Positions 48,064-62,059 of a stretch of DNA of 64,000 nt are shown here, piece after piece. The notes beneath the pieces are model-generated. The model had not been told where the DNA came from. It ran no database searches and worked only from the letters and a program-made list of their open reading frames with translations. A program made the position numbers and the translations under genes. The stretch is from the human T2T-CHM13v2.0 reference genome, Homo sapiens, in assembly GCF_009914755.1 (NCBI RefSeq), contig NC_060927.1, one strand, 5' to 3'. Within the stretch, counting starts at the first letter, position 1. Each line of letters begins with the position of its first letter.

Positions 48064-48080
48064 ACGTGCGCGCATGCACA
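47994..48080. repeat. Compound (CTG)7-(TG/CG)n repeat
   Basis: Read directly. Confidence 0.95.
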
Positions 48081-49455
48081 AAAGACTAAAATTAATTCTC
48101 ATAATTGTTGTAGGGTGGAAAAGTGGAGAACTAGGAGAGGCAGGAGTAAAAGACATTGCTGGATGCATTGAGAAAACAAATGTCAGTGCTAGGCCTGGAA
48201 GCTTCTTAAAAAGGTAATGGGACCTTTTTTCCTGTTGAACTTTCAAACCTTCTGACCCTGTAATTTCTGCCCTGGAGTTTATCAGGGACACCAGGGGCCA
48301 GGAGTGTAGCACGACTAAAGTTACTGGGACAAAGCTGGAGGCAGGTCAGCGCTCCACAGGGGAGTCCCAAGGGCCTGCAGGCAGCCACTGCCACCAAGAA
48401 CTTCTAAGGCCAAGAAAGGGAAGCCTCGAAACCAAACATCCCTGCAAAGTCCCCGGCAAATGTGTTCCTCATCAAGGCAGATACAAACAAAGTTTATTAA
48501 AAAGCCTTCCAAAGGGACATTCCAAATCACCAGCAGGCCTCCTCGAGGTGAATGTCCATTCTCCTGTGAACTCTTGTTTCAGCCTTGTTGGAGCTTTTCA
48601 AACACCGAGTCACCAATGTATCCAGGAAGGAAAATAAACAGGGGGCTCAGGGTGACCCAGCGCTTAGTACAAGTCTGCACTTTCTGACACCACAGCCAGT
48701 GGGGTTGATAGGAATGACCTGGGAATCGAGTACAAACAGGGCAGTGAAGCCTCTGGCCCTTTTGGGGGGGTGCCCCTCTTTGTGTCCTAATGGCAGCCCA
48801 TCAGGCAGAGGAAGGGCCCCTGTGGTTGCAAAAATGGCGGGTTGGTACCATGGAGCAAGCTCTGGAGTGGGAAAGTCATGCGTCTTCTGCATTCTGGGAG
48901 GAGGAAAGGGCCCTGCCTCGAGCTAACTGAAAATTTCCTCATCTGTAAAATTGGTGGTTTTCCCAATAGATGGAAGTAGAGTTGCTCTGGTTGGAGTGGA
49001 GGTTGCAGGCATCAAAGCCTGGCTTCACATGTTTCCCAAAGCATGTAGGAATATGCCAACCTGATGCTCTTTTCCAGTGGTTTCTTGAGGGGACAGCAAA
49101 CTCCTTATCCTTATCCTTGTGGATCCCTAGGGCCCTGTGGAGCACAGTTTAATACTACCCATTCCAGAGTTTAAACTAAGATTCTATAATTTTAAAATAA
49201 TCTAAGTATGACAAATGGACCAATAAGCAAGTTGTGAACCAGAATTACTACAAGGGGTAGGAATAGCTCTGTCTTTAGAGTCAGACAGGCCTAAGTTGCT
49301 ACTGCCTACTGTGTCACAACTTCATGCTTAAACTTCCAGAACCTCATGAAGACGGGGTCATTACTGCCTCATGCCATTGGTGTGAGCATCTGTGCTAAAG
49401 TCTAAATCATCAGTAAAGACTGACACAGAGTCAATACTTAATAAGTGGTAGCTCA

Positions 49456-49993
49456 TTTGACTCAGCAATCCCATTGCTGGGTATATATCCAAAAGAACAT
49501 AAATTGTTCTACCATAAAGGCACATACACGCATATGTTCATTGCAGCACCATTCACAATAGCAAAGACATAGAATCAACCTAAATGCCCATCAGTGGCTG
49601 ACTGGATAAAGAAAATGTGATACATATACACCATGGAATACTACACAGCCTTAAGAAAGAATGAGATCATGTCCTTTGCAGGAACATGAATGAAGCTGGA
49701 GACCATCATCTTTAGCAAACTAATGCAGGAACAGAAAACCAAATACTGCATGCTCTCACTTATAAGTGGGAGAAAAATGATGAGAACTCATGGACACAAA
49801 GAGGGGAACAACAGACATTGGGGCCCACTTGAGGGTGGAGGGTAGAAGGAGGGAGAAGAAAAAAATAGCTGTTGGGTATGACACTTAGTACGTGGGTGAT
49901 GAAATAATATGTACAACAAACCCCCGTGACATAAGTTTACCTATATAACAGACCTGCATATGTACCCTTGAACCTAAAATAAAAGTTAAAAAA
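49456..49993 (+). mobile_element. L1 3' end (old L1PA/L1PB), sense
   Basis: TTTGACTCAGCAATCCCATTGCTGGGTATATATCC...CTCACTTATAAGTGGGAG...GAACCTAAAATAAAAGTTAAAAAAA. Confidence 0.92.
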
Positions 49994-50254
49994 AGTAATA
50001 ATTATTATATTTTTATTGTTGGATATGCCCTATGACACTAGCCTGTTCAACATTTTGGGGAGTCAAAGGGGTGACTAGAGAATAGAGGAGAGGAGGGAGA
50101 AGAGAGGGTACTCATGGGAGGAAGGAGGAACTTTGCTGTTGATAAAAATCACACCCATAACAATTTATTGAGAGTGTCTATGAGCTGGTACTGTGTATGG
50201 AGATTATAGCAAGTCCCTCTTGCAACACTCCCACACTGCTGGCTACTGTGTTCC

Positions 50255-50560
50255 TTTTCTTTTTTCTTTTTTTTTTTTTGAGATGGAGTCTTGCTTTGTT
50301 GCCCAGGCTATAGTGCAGTGGTGCAGTTTCGGCTCATTGAAACCTCCGCCTCCTGGGTTCAAGAGATTCTCCTACCTCAGCCTCCTGAGTAGCTGGGACT
50401 ACAGGTGCGTGCCACCATGCCCGGCTAATTTTTTGTATTTTTAGCAGAGATGGGGTTTCACCGTGTTAACCAGGATGGTCTCGATCTCCTGACCTTGTGA
50501 TCCGCCCGCCTTGGCCTCCCAAAGTGCTGGGATTAAAGGCATGAGCCACGGCGCCTGGCC
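50255..50560 (-). mobile_element. AluSc/Y-like with TSD CTGTGTTCCTTTTCTT
   Basis: Full-length antisense Alu. Confidence 0.93.
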
Positions 50561-50897
50561 CTGTGTTCCTTTTCTTACAGGGTGAAAACTGAAGCTCAGA
50601 AAGCCTTGGCAATTGTCCAAATCTCCAGGCCTGTAAGAGGACCTAGGACTCAGCTGTCTGATGTCAAAGTCTAGGCTCTCAGCCCCTAAGGGTCACATGT
50701 CCCCAAATCTGAGGTGAAGAGTGCCCTCCTTCTGAGCCAAAGATGGCCTCGATCTGGAGATCCACATCTTGTGCTGGGGGGAGCCTGCTACAGCTGCCAG
50801 TTGCAGTGCTGGAGAAATCCTTCCTGTCACAGTGTTGTGTACAAAGCCAGGGAATGATTTGGCCAGTTTGGGTGATCCCAGCTTTTCTGGTTCTAAG

Positions 50898-51085
50898 CCC
50901 AGATTCTAAACTCTGGCTGCACACTAGCGCCACCTGGGGAGCTTTGAAAAACTCACACCACCCAGGCCACCCAGGCCACCCAGGCCACCCAGGCCACCCA
51001 GACCAATGACATCAGCATCTCCTGGTGGGGCCAGAACATTAGTATCTTGTTAAATTCCCTGGTGATTCCAAAGAGCATTCAGGCC
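50898..51085. mobile_element. MER5A-type element containing a 9-bp tandem repeat (CCACCCAGG) at 50958-51001
   Basis: TTCTAAACTCTGGCTGCAC...CACCTGGGGAGCTTTGAAAA...CCCAGACCAAT...TCCCTGGTGATTCCAA. Confidence 0.75.
50925..50940 (-). promoter_or_regulatory. Candidate CTCF site inside MER5A
   Basis: Minus strand reads TCCCCAGGTGGCGCTA. Confidence 0.45.
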
Positions 51086-51379
51086 TGAGGACCTCTCAGA
51101 AAGGAAACAGCTGGTTCTGGAGCTCTCATTCCCTTTCACCGACGGGCTGGGGTGGGGGCTGGGAGTGAAGGAGGAGTTTCGAGGCAGGAATTGTGCATGG
51201 GTTAGTAAAAGGGGAGAGATTAAAGACTGACAAAGAATGTGTGGGGTGTGCGACATGGAAGCTCAGACAGATTAAGTACCGGATTCGGAGTGCACACAGG
51301 GTCAGTGGCAGAACTGGGAGTCATCACATTGAAGTGGTGCCAAAATGACTGGGATCTTTGTTACTGGGGAGACCCCACG

Positions 51380-51990
51380 CTCAGTGGTGGAGTTTTCCAA
51401 GACCCAGTTCTGCACCTGATTCTCTTCCCAACCCATCTTCTCACTCAATGAACTTTTGAACTTTGTTCACACCCAGGGCTTTCATCACCACCTGACTCTC
51501 AAATTTTTGTTTCCAGTCATGGCTGGTCCTTGGACCCTCAAACCCATATATGCAGTGACTCACTTGACATTTCCACTTGGATCATGCCAAGACATCTAGG
51601 GCTTCACATGGCCAAGACTAAACTCATGTACTGCCTTTACCCCCAACCTGGTCCTTCTGCAGATTCCCAGGCCTGGGGACCAGGAATCATACTTGACTCC
51701 AACACCTCTTCCTCTACCTGTCTTCTTAGCTTTTAGTACCTTTTAAGGACCTGTTCATCTTGGCCTCTTGTCTTCATCTTCATTGCCGCCTCATTAGCCA
51801 AGCTACCATCATCTTTGGTAATTAATTCTTTTAATTTTTTACTTTTTGGTAGTTTATTTTTGCTTACATGATTATTTGATTATGTCTGCCTCCCCCACTA
51901 GCTTATACACTGTGTAAGGGCAGGGACTAGCTTTTTTTTGTATCCTCAACATCTTACTTGGCCCCTCAGTAAATAGTTGTTGAGTGAATA
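51380..51990. mobile_element. L2 fragment
   Basis: CTCACTTGACATTTCCACTTGGAT...CTCAGTAAATAGTTGTTGAGTGAAT 3' end. Confidence 0.65.
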
Positions 51991-52959
51991 ATCTGTTTTA
52001 AACTTTTTATTCATTTTGAGGGCTGTTGATATAATCACTGCTTCATTATGGCTTGCTGCTTTCAGGACGATGAAATCACGAAGCTGAAATCAGAACGATG
52101 TGCTTAGATGACTTTGCATTCCATGAAGTCGGGGAGCATAGAGGTTTTGTCTATGGAGGTTGATCAAGGGGGTCTGAGGGAACCACATGATGTGAGCTGA
52201 GACATGGACACACGACATGGCAGGTGAGTGCACACACACACTCACAACCATCCTTGGGCAGCCCTTCTCTTACTTCCTTGCTCAACAGACGTTATCTTTA
52301 TTTGGAGAATCAATTGTGAAATCAATCCCTCACTATTTCTCCAATAATGCAGCTAATAAAAAGAAAAGCTATTTTGATGGTGTCTGGTTTTCAGCTAAAA
52401 GGTGGGTCAAAATAGCAATTTTATCAGCTGCCCTTTGAAAGTGCTTCTCTTGGTCACAGCAGTTCACAGGGAGAAACACGATGATTCTGACACCATTCTT
52501 GATATTAGCTCCTGCCTGAGGTAACATATTGTGTTACCTCTGAAACAGGGCATCCGTGGGTAGCCAGCAAGGTCAAGTCAAGATTATATCATGCCACCAT
52601 GTCATCAGAACATGGCTCAGTTCTCCCCTATCACCTGTTCCAGTGAAATACTGGCCAAAATGGTGTGTCTGTGGGATTCTGGCAAAAGTGGGCCATGGGA
52701 AGAAGCCCCAGGCCCTGGGCTTTTCATGCCCTTTCTTGAACCTTCTCTTCTTAGACACTTCTCTAAGAAAACTACCCCAGTGTCATAGTGATGACTCTGA
52801 CTTGTTGTTCCTGCCCTCAAGTAGATGGAAAGGCCCTTGAGGGCAGAAACCAGGAACTTTCCATTCTCCACCAACACCTATCTGGGTCTTCATGGGTTCT
52901 TAGGATTTCCCTGGTAGGGGGCAGAGGTATGGCTGTGAAGTAGTTAGAAATTAAGTAAT

Positions 52960-55340
52960 CGAGTCAGAGAGAATAAATCTACTTTCTGTACCTGCCACTT
53001 CTTGGCTAAGAACTTTGGGCAAATTACTTAATATTGCTGAGCCTCAGTTTCCTCATCTATAAAACAGGGATCATAATAGTAGTTATTATATGTTACTTGC
53101 ATAAGGTTTTGTGAGGTGGAGTCAATGAAATAATGCATATAAAGCTTTTAGTTTAGTGCCTGGAAACAGGAAATACATAATAAATGCCAGTTTATGGAAT
53201 GAATGGAGGGTGGAAGTGCCCTCCTTCCTGGATTGGGGGTCAGGGGAGATGCTGGCATACACTGGAACCCATTGGAGGTGAATTCTCAGCTCTTCTAAGT
53301 TCACCACTCCTTTGGATCTGAATTCCAAAAATGGAAAATAGACACCATTGCCCTTTACTGCCATCTTGTTAAGCAAGGCACAGATTTAGAACTCACATAT
53401 TTTACAGGTTAAATGCCAGCAGAAGACATAAAACAGATTGCAGTGTCCCCAGCCAGCAGCCCCTTATTGCATATATCTTACAGATAAAGTAGTTTTATTT
53501 GTTGTCCCTTTTACTAACCCATCTTGTCTAAGTATATTTTTTGGGACTCTGAATCTGTCAAAGAAGTATTTAAAAGGAACTCATCAATTGTTCTTGGCCA
53601 CCAAAGAGTGAACAAAAGCACAGATGCCTCACTTTCCTAGGCTAAAACCCCAGCCACCCTGCTTTGATGTGCCAACATTCCCTAATGAGGTCACGAAAGC
53701 AGCATGTGTTCTCAAGAGCTTCTTGTGCACAGCCAGGCCCCCTGCCACAAGACTGGGAAAGACCCCAGTGATGGAGAAGCCCAGGGCGTGGCCGGGCTCA
53801 GAAGAGCTCTGTCGATTTACGGTTACTTCTTAGGCTGCCGTCTTGTGGCAGTTGTTCTGAGATGAGTCTGTCTGTGGGTGATGGGGCTCCCAATATCTCC
53901 AAAGATACACTCCCCTGTGATTATGTGCACTTGCTTGATTATGTGTATGTTCCTCTTTGTGTCCATGTACCTGCCTGCATTTGCATATGGGACTCTGGGT
54001 CCTAAAATCCAGTTGTAGGAAAAGTGAAACAAATTAAGAGGATCTCAGGATGGGGCCTTCTCCAGGTGGGACATTCAGGCCAGCACTGGGTCGCAGGGGT
54101 CCAGGTGATATGTCTGGAGCAGTGTAGTGTCAGGACAATAGTAAAAGCAGCCATGTATTGAGCAATTACTACGTGCCAGATGTGGCCAAATACTTCCTGT
54201 ATATTATTTCATCTAATTGTAACAATAGCCTTCTGAGCTAAGTGCTGTTATTTCCCAGTTAAATAGATGAAGAAACCAAGAGGAGAGGAGAGGTTAAGGC
54301 ACTTTCCAAAGTCATGGAGCTAGTATGTAATACAGTTGGGACCCAAAGCTTATGCTCCAAACACCCTTGTGCAGCCCTGGGTGGGACACAGAGCCACAAA
54401 TACCTGGGAACCTGTCCTGAGTTAGCCACTTGGATTATGAGAGTTTGGCCCAGTCACTTAACCTCTCCCACCCTGTTTCCTTATCTGTGAAATGGAGCTT
54501 CCACACAGGGAAATTGTGAGAATTAAATGAGATCACCAATGTATTATATTCAGCACAGCGCCTGGCACAGGTGAGGGCTCAGTAATACAGGTTTCTTTCC
54601 CTGGCCCCACCTCTTAGTTTGGGAGGGAAGAAATGGGAGGGTCTATCTCTCTAGTTGGTCCTCCTACTATTTCAGCATTGTCTCCCTCCCCTGGGCTTTA
54701 CAGAATCCTTTGCACCAGTGTCAGGAGGTCCTTGGTTCCTGAGAGTATGACCCATTTCTCAGTTTAATCATCTTGGCTGCATGGGAAAGGCAGCACTGTC
54801 TAGTGTAAAGAGCTCTTGACCAGAATTGAGGCTAACCTTGGTTTTAGTCCAATTCCAATTCTGAGGCTTGGACAACTTCTGTTTCTCTGGGTCTCAGCTT
54901 TCCTATCAATAAAATGGAGGATGTGTCCATATACAGGACCAATGTGCATATGTGGTACAGGTGCAGCCACTCCCTGGCTCTGCACCCACTAAAGATGTGA
55001 TTAATCAATTGCACCATCTTTGTTGGTGATACTGGATGTAGCTGCAGAGCCCTCCCCAACACATGGAGGCAATCACTGCCAACTGGTTAGAGTTGAAATG
55101 ACTATTAGAACCTCTTGGGTATTCCTGAAACTGTTTGTGGTCTAAGGACCCTTCCATCTCTGTTATTCTGACTCTACCATCTGGGTCTTTACTGCTCTGT
55201 GGGACAGTGCAAAGAGCATGGGTCTGAAATGAGGGGAGTTGATTATAGCTCTAGCCACATCTAGCAGTTCTGTGACCTTGGGCAAGTTGTTTACACTCTC
55301 TGAGCCCTGTTTTCTAATTTGTAAAAGGGGAGTCCTTACA
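52960..55340. mobile_element. Several MIR copies (~52960-53180, 54140-54350, 54420-54590, 55220-55335)
   Basis: Cores such as GAGCCTCAGTTTCCTCATCTATAAAA and TGTGACCTTGGGCAAGTT. Confidence 0.7.
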
Positions 55341-58300
55341 TAGACTCTGACCATTTGCATTGTTGTGAGATCAAAAACATTGTAGCCTCCCTGAAGGCAA
55401 GACCTGAGTCCCTGTCATTGTCACACTGTGCTTAGAACAGGGCCTGGCCTGAAGCTGATCCTTCATGAATTTTTGTTCAGTTGAAGTGTGGTAGAATATT
55501 AAAGCTGTAAAAATGGAAGGAACTATAACCCAATCAATTACGTCTCTAGAGATGTGGTTTTCAGTCTTTATGGAGCACAGTGCTGCTCTGAGAATCCTTT
55601 CAACATGCAGATTCGTGGGCTCCGCTTCAGGGAGCTGATCCAGGATGCCTGGGGTAGGACCCAGATATCCCCAATTTCAGCAGGCTTTCCTGGGAATTCT
55701 GTTGAAGGTAATCCAGAAACCACGGTGTGGCAAACAGGGCTGCAGAGTTGGGAGGCCCAGAATGGAAGTTAAAATAAATGGAGAGGCCTCAATTTGTTGC
55801 TAGTTGTCCACCAGGAGTTGTATAGAGTGGCATTTTGGAGTTCCCAGAGCCTCTGGACCAGTGAGGGAGTCACCAGGAAGGATGACTGTGCCTGCCCCTC
55901 TACTCCTCATTGGCTGCTTCTCTGAGATTTCGGTCCTCAGCGACTGATGCTCTTAGGTTTCTGTGCTCTGACCCTTGTGGCCCACACAGCAAGCAACCAG
56001 GTTAGTGGCACTTCCCCTTTCATCCCAAGTAAAATAGGAGTGTTGGGGTGTAGGCTGCCAATGCTGTTCATCCTTAACTATCCTGTGTGGCTCGTGTGCA
56101 GCTCTCCCCAACTCCATCCACAAGCTGGAGACAGAGATTTTTTAGGAAGGGCAGCTAGGAGGTCACTGGCCTGGGCTCAGCCAGGGTACTCCAGCTCAGG
56201 TGGAGAGTGTGTGTGTGTGAGAGAGAGACACACACAGAGAGAGACGGAGAGAGACAGAGAGTGCTTTCTGGTGATTTTGGCTGTCTACATGGTTCACAAA
56301 ACGACTGAGTAGAAAGCGAAAAACAAATGTAATGTTTGGGATTTTTTTCCTGCATGTTGATAAACATGGAGATCTTTGCAAACACCCATGTAATAGATGG
56401 AAATGGAAATGTTTCATCTTTATGTTTCAGTATGTGATAATGCATCTTGCATATGTAGACAATTGGTAAAAAAAAAACACTCTTTCACAGTGCGAGACTC
56501 TGTCTCAAAAAATAAAACACTCTTAATGATGTTATTTTGCTTTACATTCATAATCATTATTGTCATTTTCATCCTCATTACTCAACTTAATTTCATGAAT
56601 TACTGAGAGAGATTTGGATTTTTGAATTCCCATTAAATATTAAAAATAAATCCAAATTTAAAAAATTTTTCCTCCTTTTCTTTTCCTTTTTTCCCAGGAC
56701 CTTTCTTCCACAGCCAAGTTCTGTTAACCTCATGGGCTTCTTATGTGATTAAATGAGTTAATATGTGAACTCTGCTTACAATAGTGCCATAATGATGTCC
56801 ATCCTTCTTTGTTACTACTACTACATGCACAAACCTGTTAACATAAATCCAACTGTAGCAAGCCCCTGAATTATCCCAAACTAATGGGGGAATTATCTGT
56901 TCTACAGACATTAAATTCTCAGCCAACTGAACTCTTTTACTTTAAGAGAGGAGACTTGTGCACTTTAGCCACGTGGGATGGAGGCCATGCTGGACTCTGC
57001 TGTCTTCAGAAACAGGGCTTGATGGGCACAGCCTAATTTTTCTTTGGTTTTGTGGGGGTCAGAATTTAGAACACCAGCTGGTGGTTGTCAGACCACTGCA
57101 TGGCCCAGAGCCAGTGCTTCTTGAGTTCTTTTTCTCCGTGTTATTTATGGTGCACCCTTCCCATTCAGAGACTCAATCATTTCCACTTCAGAGAATCTTC
57201 TGTACTCTTCCTTCTAAGTCGCTGTACCAAATCCATCACGCCCTAGGGACAAGCAAGACACTGTTAAACTTGTAGGAAAAACAACAGTCAGTATATCCTG
57301 GGCCAGAGGGCTGTTTTTCTTTAATCCTAGGCTGTTAATGATGTTCTGGAAAGTGAAGATTGCCATGCAAATACCTTTCAGAGAAATGAACTGTTACCTG
57401 GACATTGCATTTTAGTGGGACATGGAAGCCTCTCCTATGCTCAGCCATCCCTGGTTCAGTACCCAGCTGGGTGGGACACTCTAGCTGGCCTCCTTTCTTG
57501 GAGTCCCTGCTGCCCTAGCTTGTGCAGCATGTCTCACAAGTGAAACCAGATGGCCAGGGTGGGCAGTGAGGGAGACCCAAAAAAAAGATCCAAAGAAAAC
57601 TGAGCTCCTGGTCCCACCCACTGCCCCAAAGTGCTTCTGAATCGGTTCATCCATGAACAAACTCTAGAATTCCTTTTATCTCCCAATCACCAAGAATTCG
57701 ATCCTTTATTTAGTCCTGAAACTCGGAAACTAATCTTTTATTTATCTCTGCTGTAATCCCACTTCAGGCTGTGTGTGGAATACACCACTTGGGAACAAAC
57801 CTCTAGGATTTCAGAAGGACCCTCAGTCAGGAAAGCATAAGGGCTTACAAGAGAAAGTAAAACCAGGCCCAGGATGTTTTGGTTCCATGTGTGAATTGGA
57901 GAAGAATGCAGCTCATTTGGGCTTGTGTGATGGGGAACGAGCCACAGGCAAGCTCCCTAATCACAAAACCACAGGAGAGGGCAGGAAAATGGGGCTGGCA
58001 TGATGTTAGGCAAGGCAAGCTGGTTGAAACAATTTCCCAGGCTCCCTTGAATGCTAGCTTGGCCCTCAAGCCAGGGCAAAGGATCGTTGACAAAGAATCA
58101 TTGCTGCTTGGAGTGTGCTGAGCAGCTTCAGATGGCCATCCTTCTGCCGGTTTTGCCCTCCCACCACCGTGGATCATGGCCAATGTGGCAGGCATGTGCT
58201 AGCCAAATGCACCCTGGCCACCTCTCCCCATGTGCCCATCCTCAGCAGACTGACTTCCACTTGGGCCCTGAAAGGAGCACCTTGCCTCTGGAGGTCTTCC

Positions 58301-59695
58301 AGACCACCATCTCTGCTCTCTTTCATTCATTCATTCTTGTATTCAACTAGTATTTCCTGAGTGTCTACTAGGCCCAGGGACCAGGGCTGGGAAAGGGCTA
58401 TTCAGTGCCGAGCAGGCTATCACAGAGCTCATAGAACCTACGGGGAAAGAAATCAGATGCCAAATAAAGTCATTCAACTAAAATTAGATGGAAGGAGGGG
58501 AGGAGCCACATCAGGGTTTTGGGATTTTGGGATAGGGGAACAAACCTTGTGCCAGCAGTCAGAGGCAAGCAAGCTGACCTTAGAAGGATAAGTAGGCATT
58601 AGCAGGGTGCAGAGTTGCAGGGCAGGGAGTCTTCCCAGACTCCTTCACTCTGTTTGGCTTTTTGGCTTCTCCATGTTTCCCTCCAATCCTTAGCTTCTGA
58701 CTCAGGCCTCAGGGCACTTGGCATGCATTCAGGACTCGACTTCTAGAACCTGTCTCTGGGCCCCAGCCCCTGGCACCACTTCCAGAACCAGCCAGCTGGT
58801 CTGGCCCTCCCAAACCCCCTCCTGGGGAGGTGGCTTCCCTGTCTCTGTCCTTCTTTCACCAACTCACTCCCATGTGTACCCATACATCATTGATTCACAC
58901 ACCATGTCAGCCCAATTCTATGGAGCTTTCCTGGCACCTGCCAGCCTCACAGGGGCTGCAGCTCGCTTTGTTCATACATGCTCGCCCTCAAAAGTTAGCT
59001 CCTTCATTAATGTTCCCTCAATCTGGGCCAGGCACTGCTCTGGACACTGGCGGAGTGGTAAAGGTGAGCCTGAAAGAGGACCAAGACAGCGGGGTCAGGG
59101 AAGGCTTCCTGGAAGGGGTGACTCCTGGGAGAGTCCTCAGGCTGAGGATGAGTTAGCCAGGTGCATTGCCCTTCTGTTCACTTCTACTTCTCATACCCTT
59201 TCCCATGCCTCTCTACCCTCTATGCCAGCCTGTCCCATTTCTGGGCTTCAGCTTCAAGAGATAGCGCTGAGAGGGCCCTTGGAAGTCTTCCAGTCTGACC
59301 TGCCCATCTGACAGATGGGGATAATGAGGTCCCAGGAGGAGAAGGGATTTGCCCAGAGTGAAGCAGCTAAAGGAAGCACGATGGCTAGTTACTTCTATTG
59401 TTCCAGGGTCTGTGTGCCTAAGACTTACTTCTTCTCCAGCCAGAAAGCCTTCCTTGGAAGCTGACATCAGTTCTCTCCTCCGTGTGGCCCCCGGCACCCT
59501 CCTGACCACTCTTCCTCTCCCTGCCCTTTCACTTGGCATTGCCTCATGGTCTCCAGGGAGGGTTTTGCAGGGAGTCATAATGCCTTTCTGCCCTTGGGCA
59601 AGGGAGCCTGGAAGGGACATATATTAGGATACTCAGGGGACTCTCTCTAGGGAGAGTCCCTTTGGGCTCTGTCTCTTAGGGCCTCACTAGAGACA

Positions 59696-60280
<585 letters not shown>

Positions 60281-60704
60281 ACAGTGTAGCTTCGCTGTTA
60301 AGAGCTGTGAGACATGCACCCCATTTTAATATCCTGTGAACCTCAGTTTTATCATCTGCACAATGAGGATAAGAATAGGGCTAGCAGCAGCTTGAATGAA
60401 ATCATGTTTGAGAAGTGCCTGCTGCACAGCAGGTGCCCACCATTAAATGCTGTTATTGCAGTTCTCTGTTCAGCCCTTGCCCATATAGTCATGGCCAGAG
60501 GCTGGGGAGGTATGAAAATTTCTGGAATGCTGCATCAAGAGGCCTAGGGTAGGGGGCATAATATGCTGATGGGCCAGGCCTCTAGGGAAATAGAGTTTGA
60601 TGGATAGGTTGGTAGAGGATAGAGCGGAGTGCCACAGGTTAATAAATGATAATCTTCTGGAATCTTTGCCAATTTGACAGGAAAAGGAAGAAAAATGCCA
60701 GTAA

Positions 60705-61042
<338 letters not shown>

Positions 61043-61442
61043 TAATAAGCATGACATGTACAGATGGTTTTGTTATTCAGTCCTGTCTGTTTGTGGACAG
61101 GACATCTGTGTCCATGAAGGCTTAGCTTGCAGGGCTTTGAGCCTGTGATGGCAGCAGAGTCTAGGTCTCAGTCTGATGAATGGATTTAAAAGGAATCCAG
61201 CTCAGAAGAGAGTTCCTGTTAGAGCCAGGACTCTGTATGAACAAGGAGAAAAATGATTCTCTGGCTGGATGTTTCTGGGCACACATACCAGCTAATGAAC
61301 CTGCTCAGAGAAGCATGCTCCCATATACTATCCCACTACAGCAGGGAAAACTAAAGCACAGAGACCTTGATTGACACCCAGTCTCTTAGCAGAGCATCTT
61401 GGACAAGAATCTGAGTTTGTGAACTCATGTTTTCTCCCTTTC

Positions 61443-61690
61443 TTTTTTTTTTTTGAAGTAAAAATTATTTTTATTTGCATTCAAAATTGTGCATTGATAT
61501 AGACCCACATTTGCATTTTAAACTAGACAATAGTGCTTTCCTGCCCTAATCTTGAAGGTTTCACTTAAATTTGTAATCTGTTTTAAGTGAAGTAATATTT
61601 TCTCATAGTAGTTTTACCCTGAGAAATTTTTCCTATTTCAGAACACATTTTGAACTGTGTTATGTTTTGTCTTTAGTGTTCATACCTTTC
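61443..61690 (-). pseudogene. Probable retroposed mRNA 3'-end fragment (source unknown)
   Basis: Minus strand reads AU-rich UTR-like sequence, then AATAAA (61470-61475), 15 nt, then A12. Confidence 0.5.
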
Positions 61691-61853
61691 TTCTTCCAGG
61701 ACCAGATCCTGTGATTCCGTATCTATAACCTATTCCTTAGCTCCTTTCTTCCTACTTTTTCTCCCTCTCTTTTTGTTTATGGTAAATAATTTGATTTTTA
61801 TTCTAAAACCACTGAGAAGGCATGATTGTAAGTAGGAAAGTGAGATGATCTGA

Positions 61854-62040
<187 letters not shown>

Positions 62041-62059
62041 GAGATGATCTGATTTATAT

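Noticed and set aside
47697-48065. ORF with HT repeats and poly-Q
   Set aside because: Translation of a microsatellite; (CTG)7 is short and not in a gene.
50958-51001. Short direct repeats as a possible CRISPR-like array
   Set aside because: Spacerless tandem repeat in human DNA. No repeat-spacer arrays or prokaryotic genes are seen anywhere in the window.
58718-59311. 197-aa ORF with TTG start
   Set aside because: Partly overlaps L2-like sequence; no recognisable homology or splice framework.
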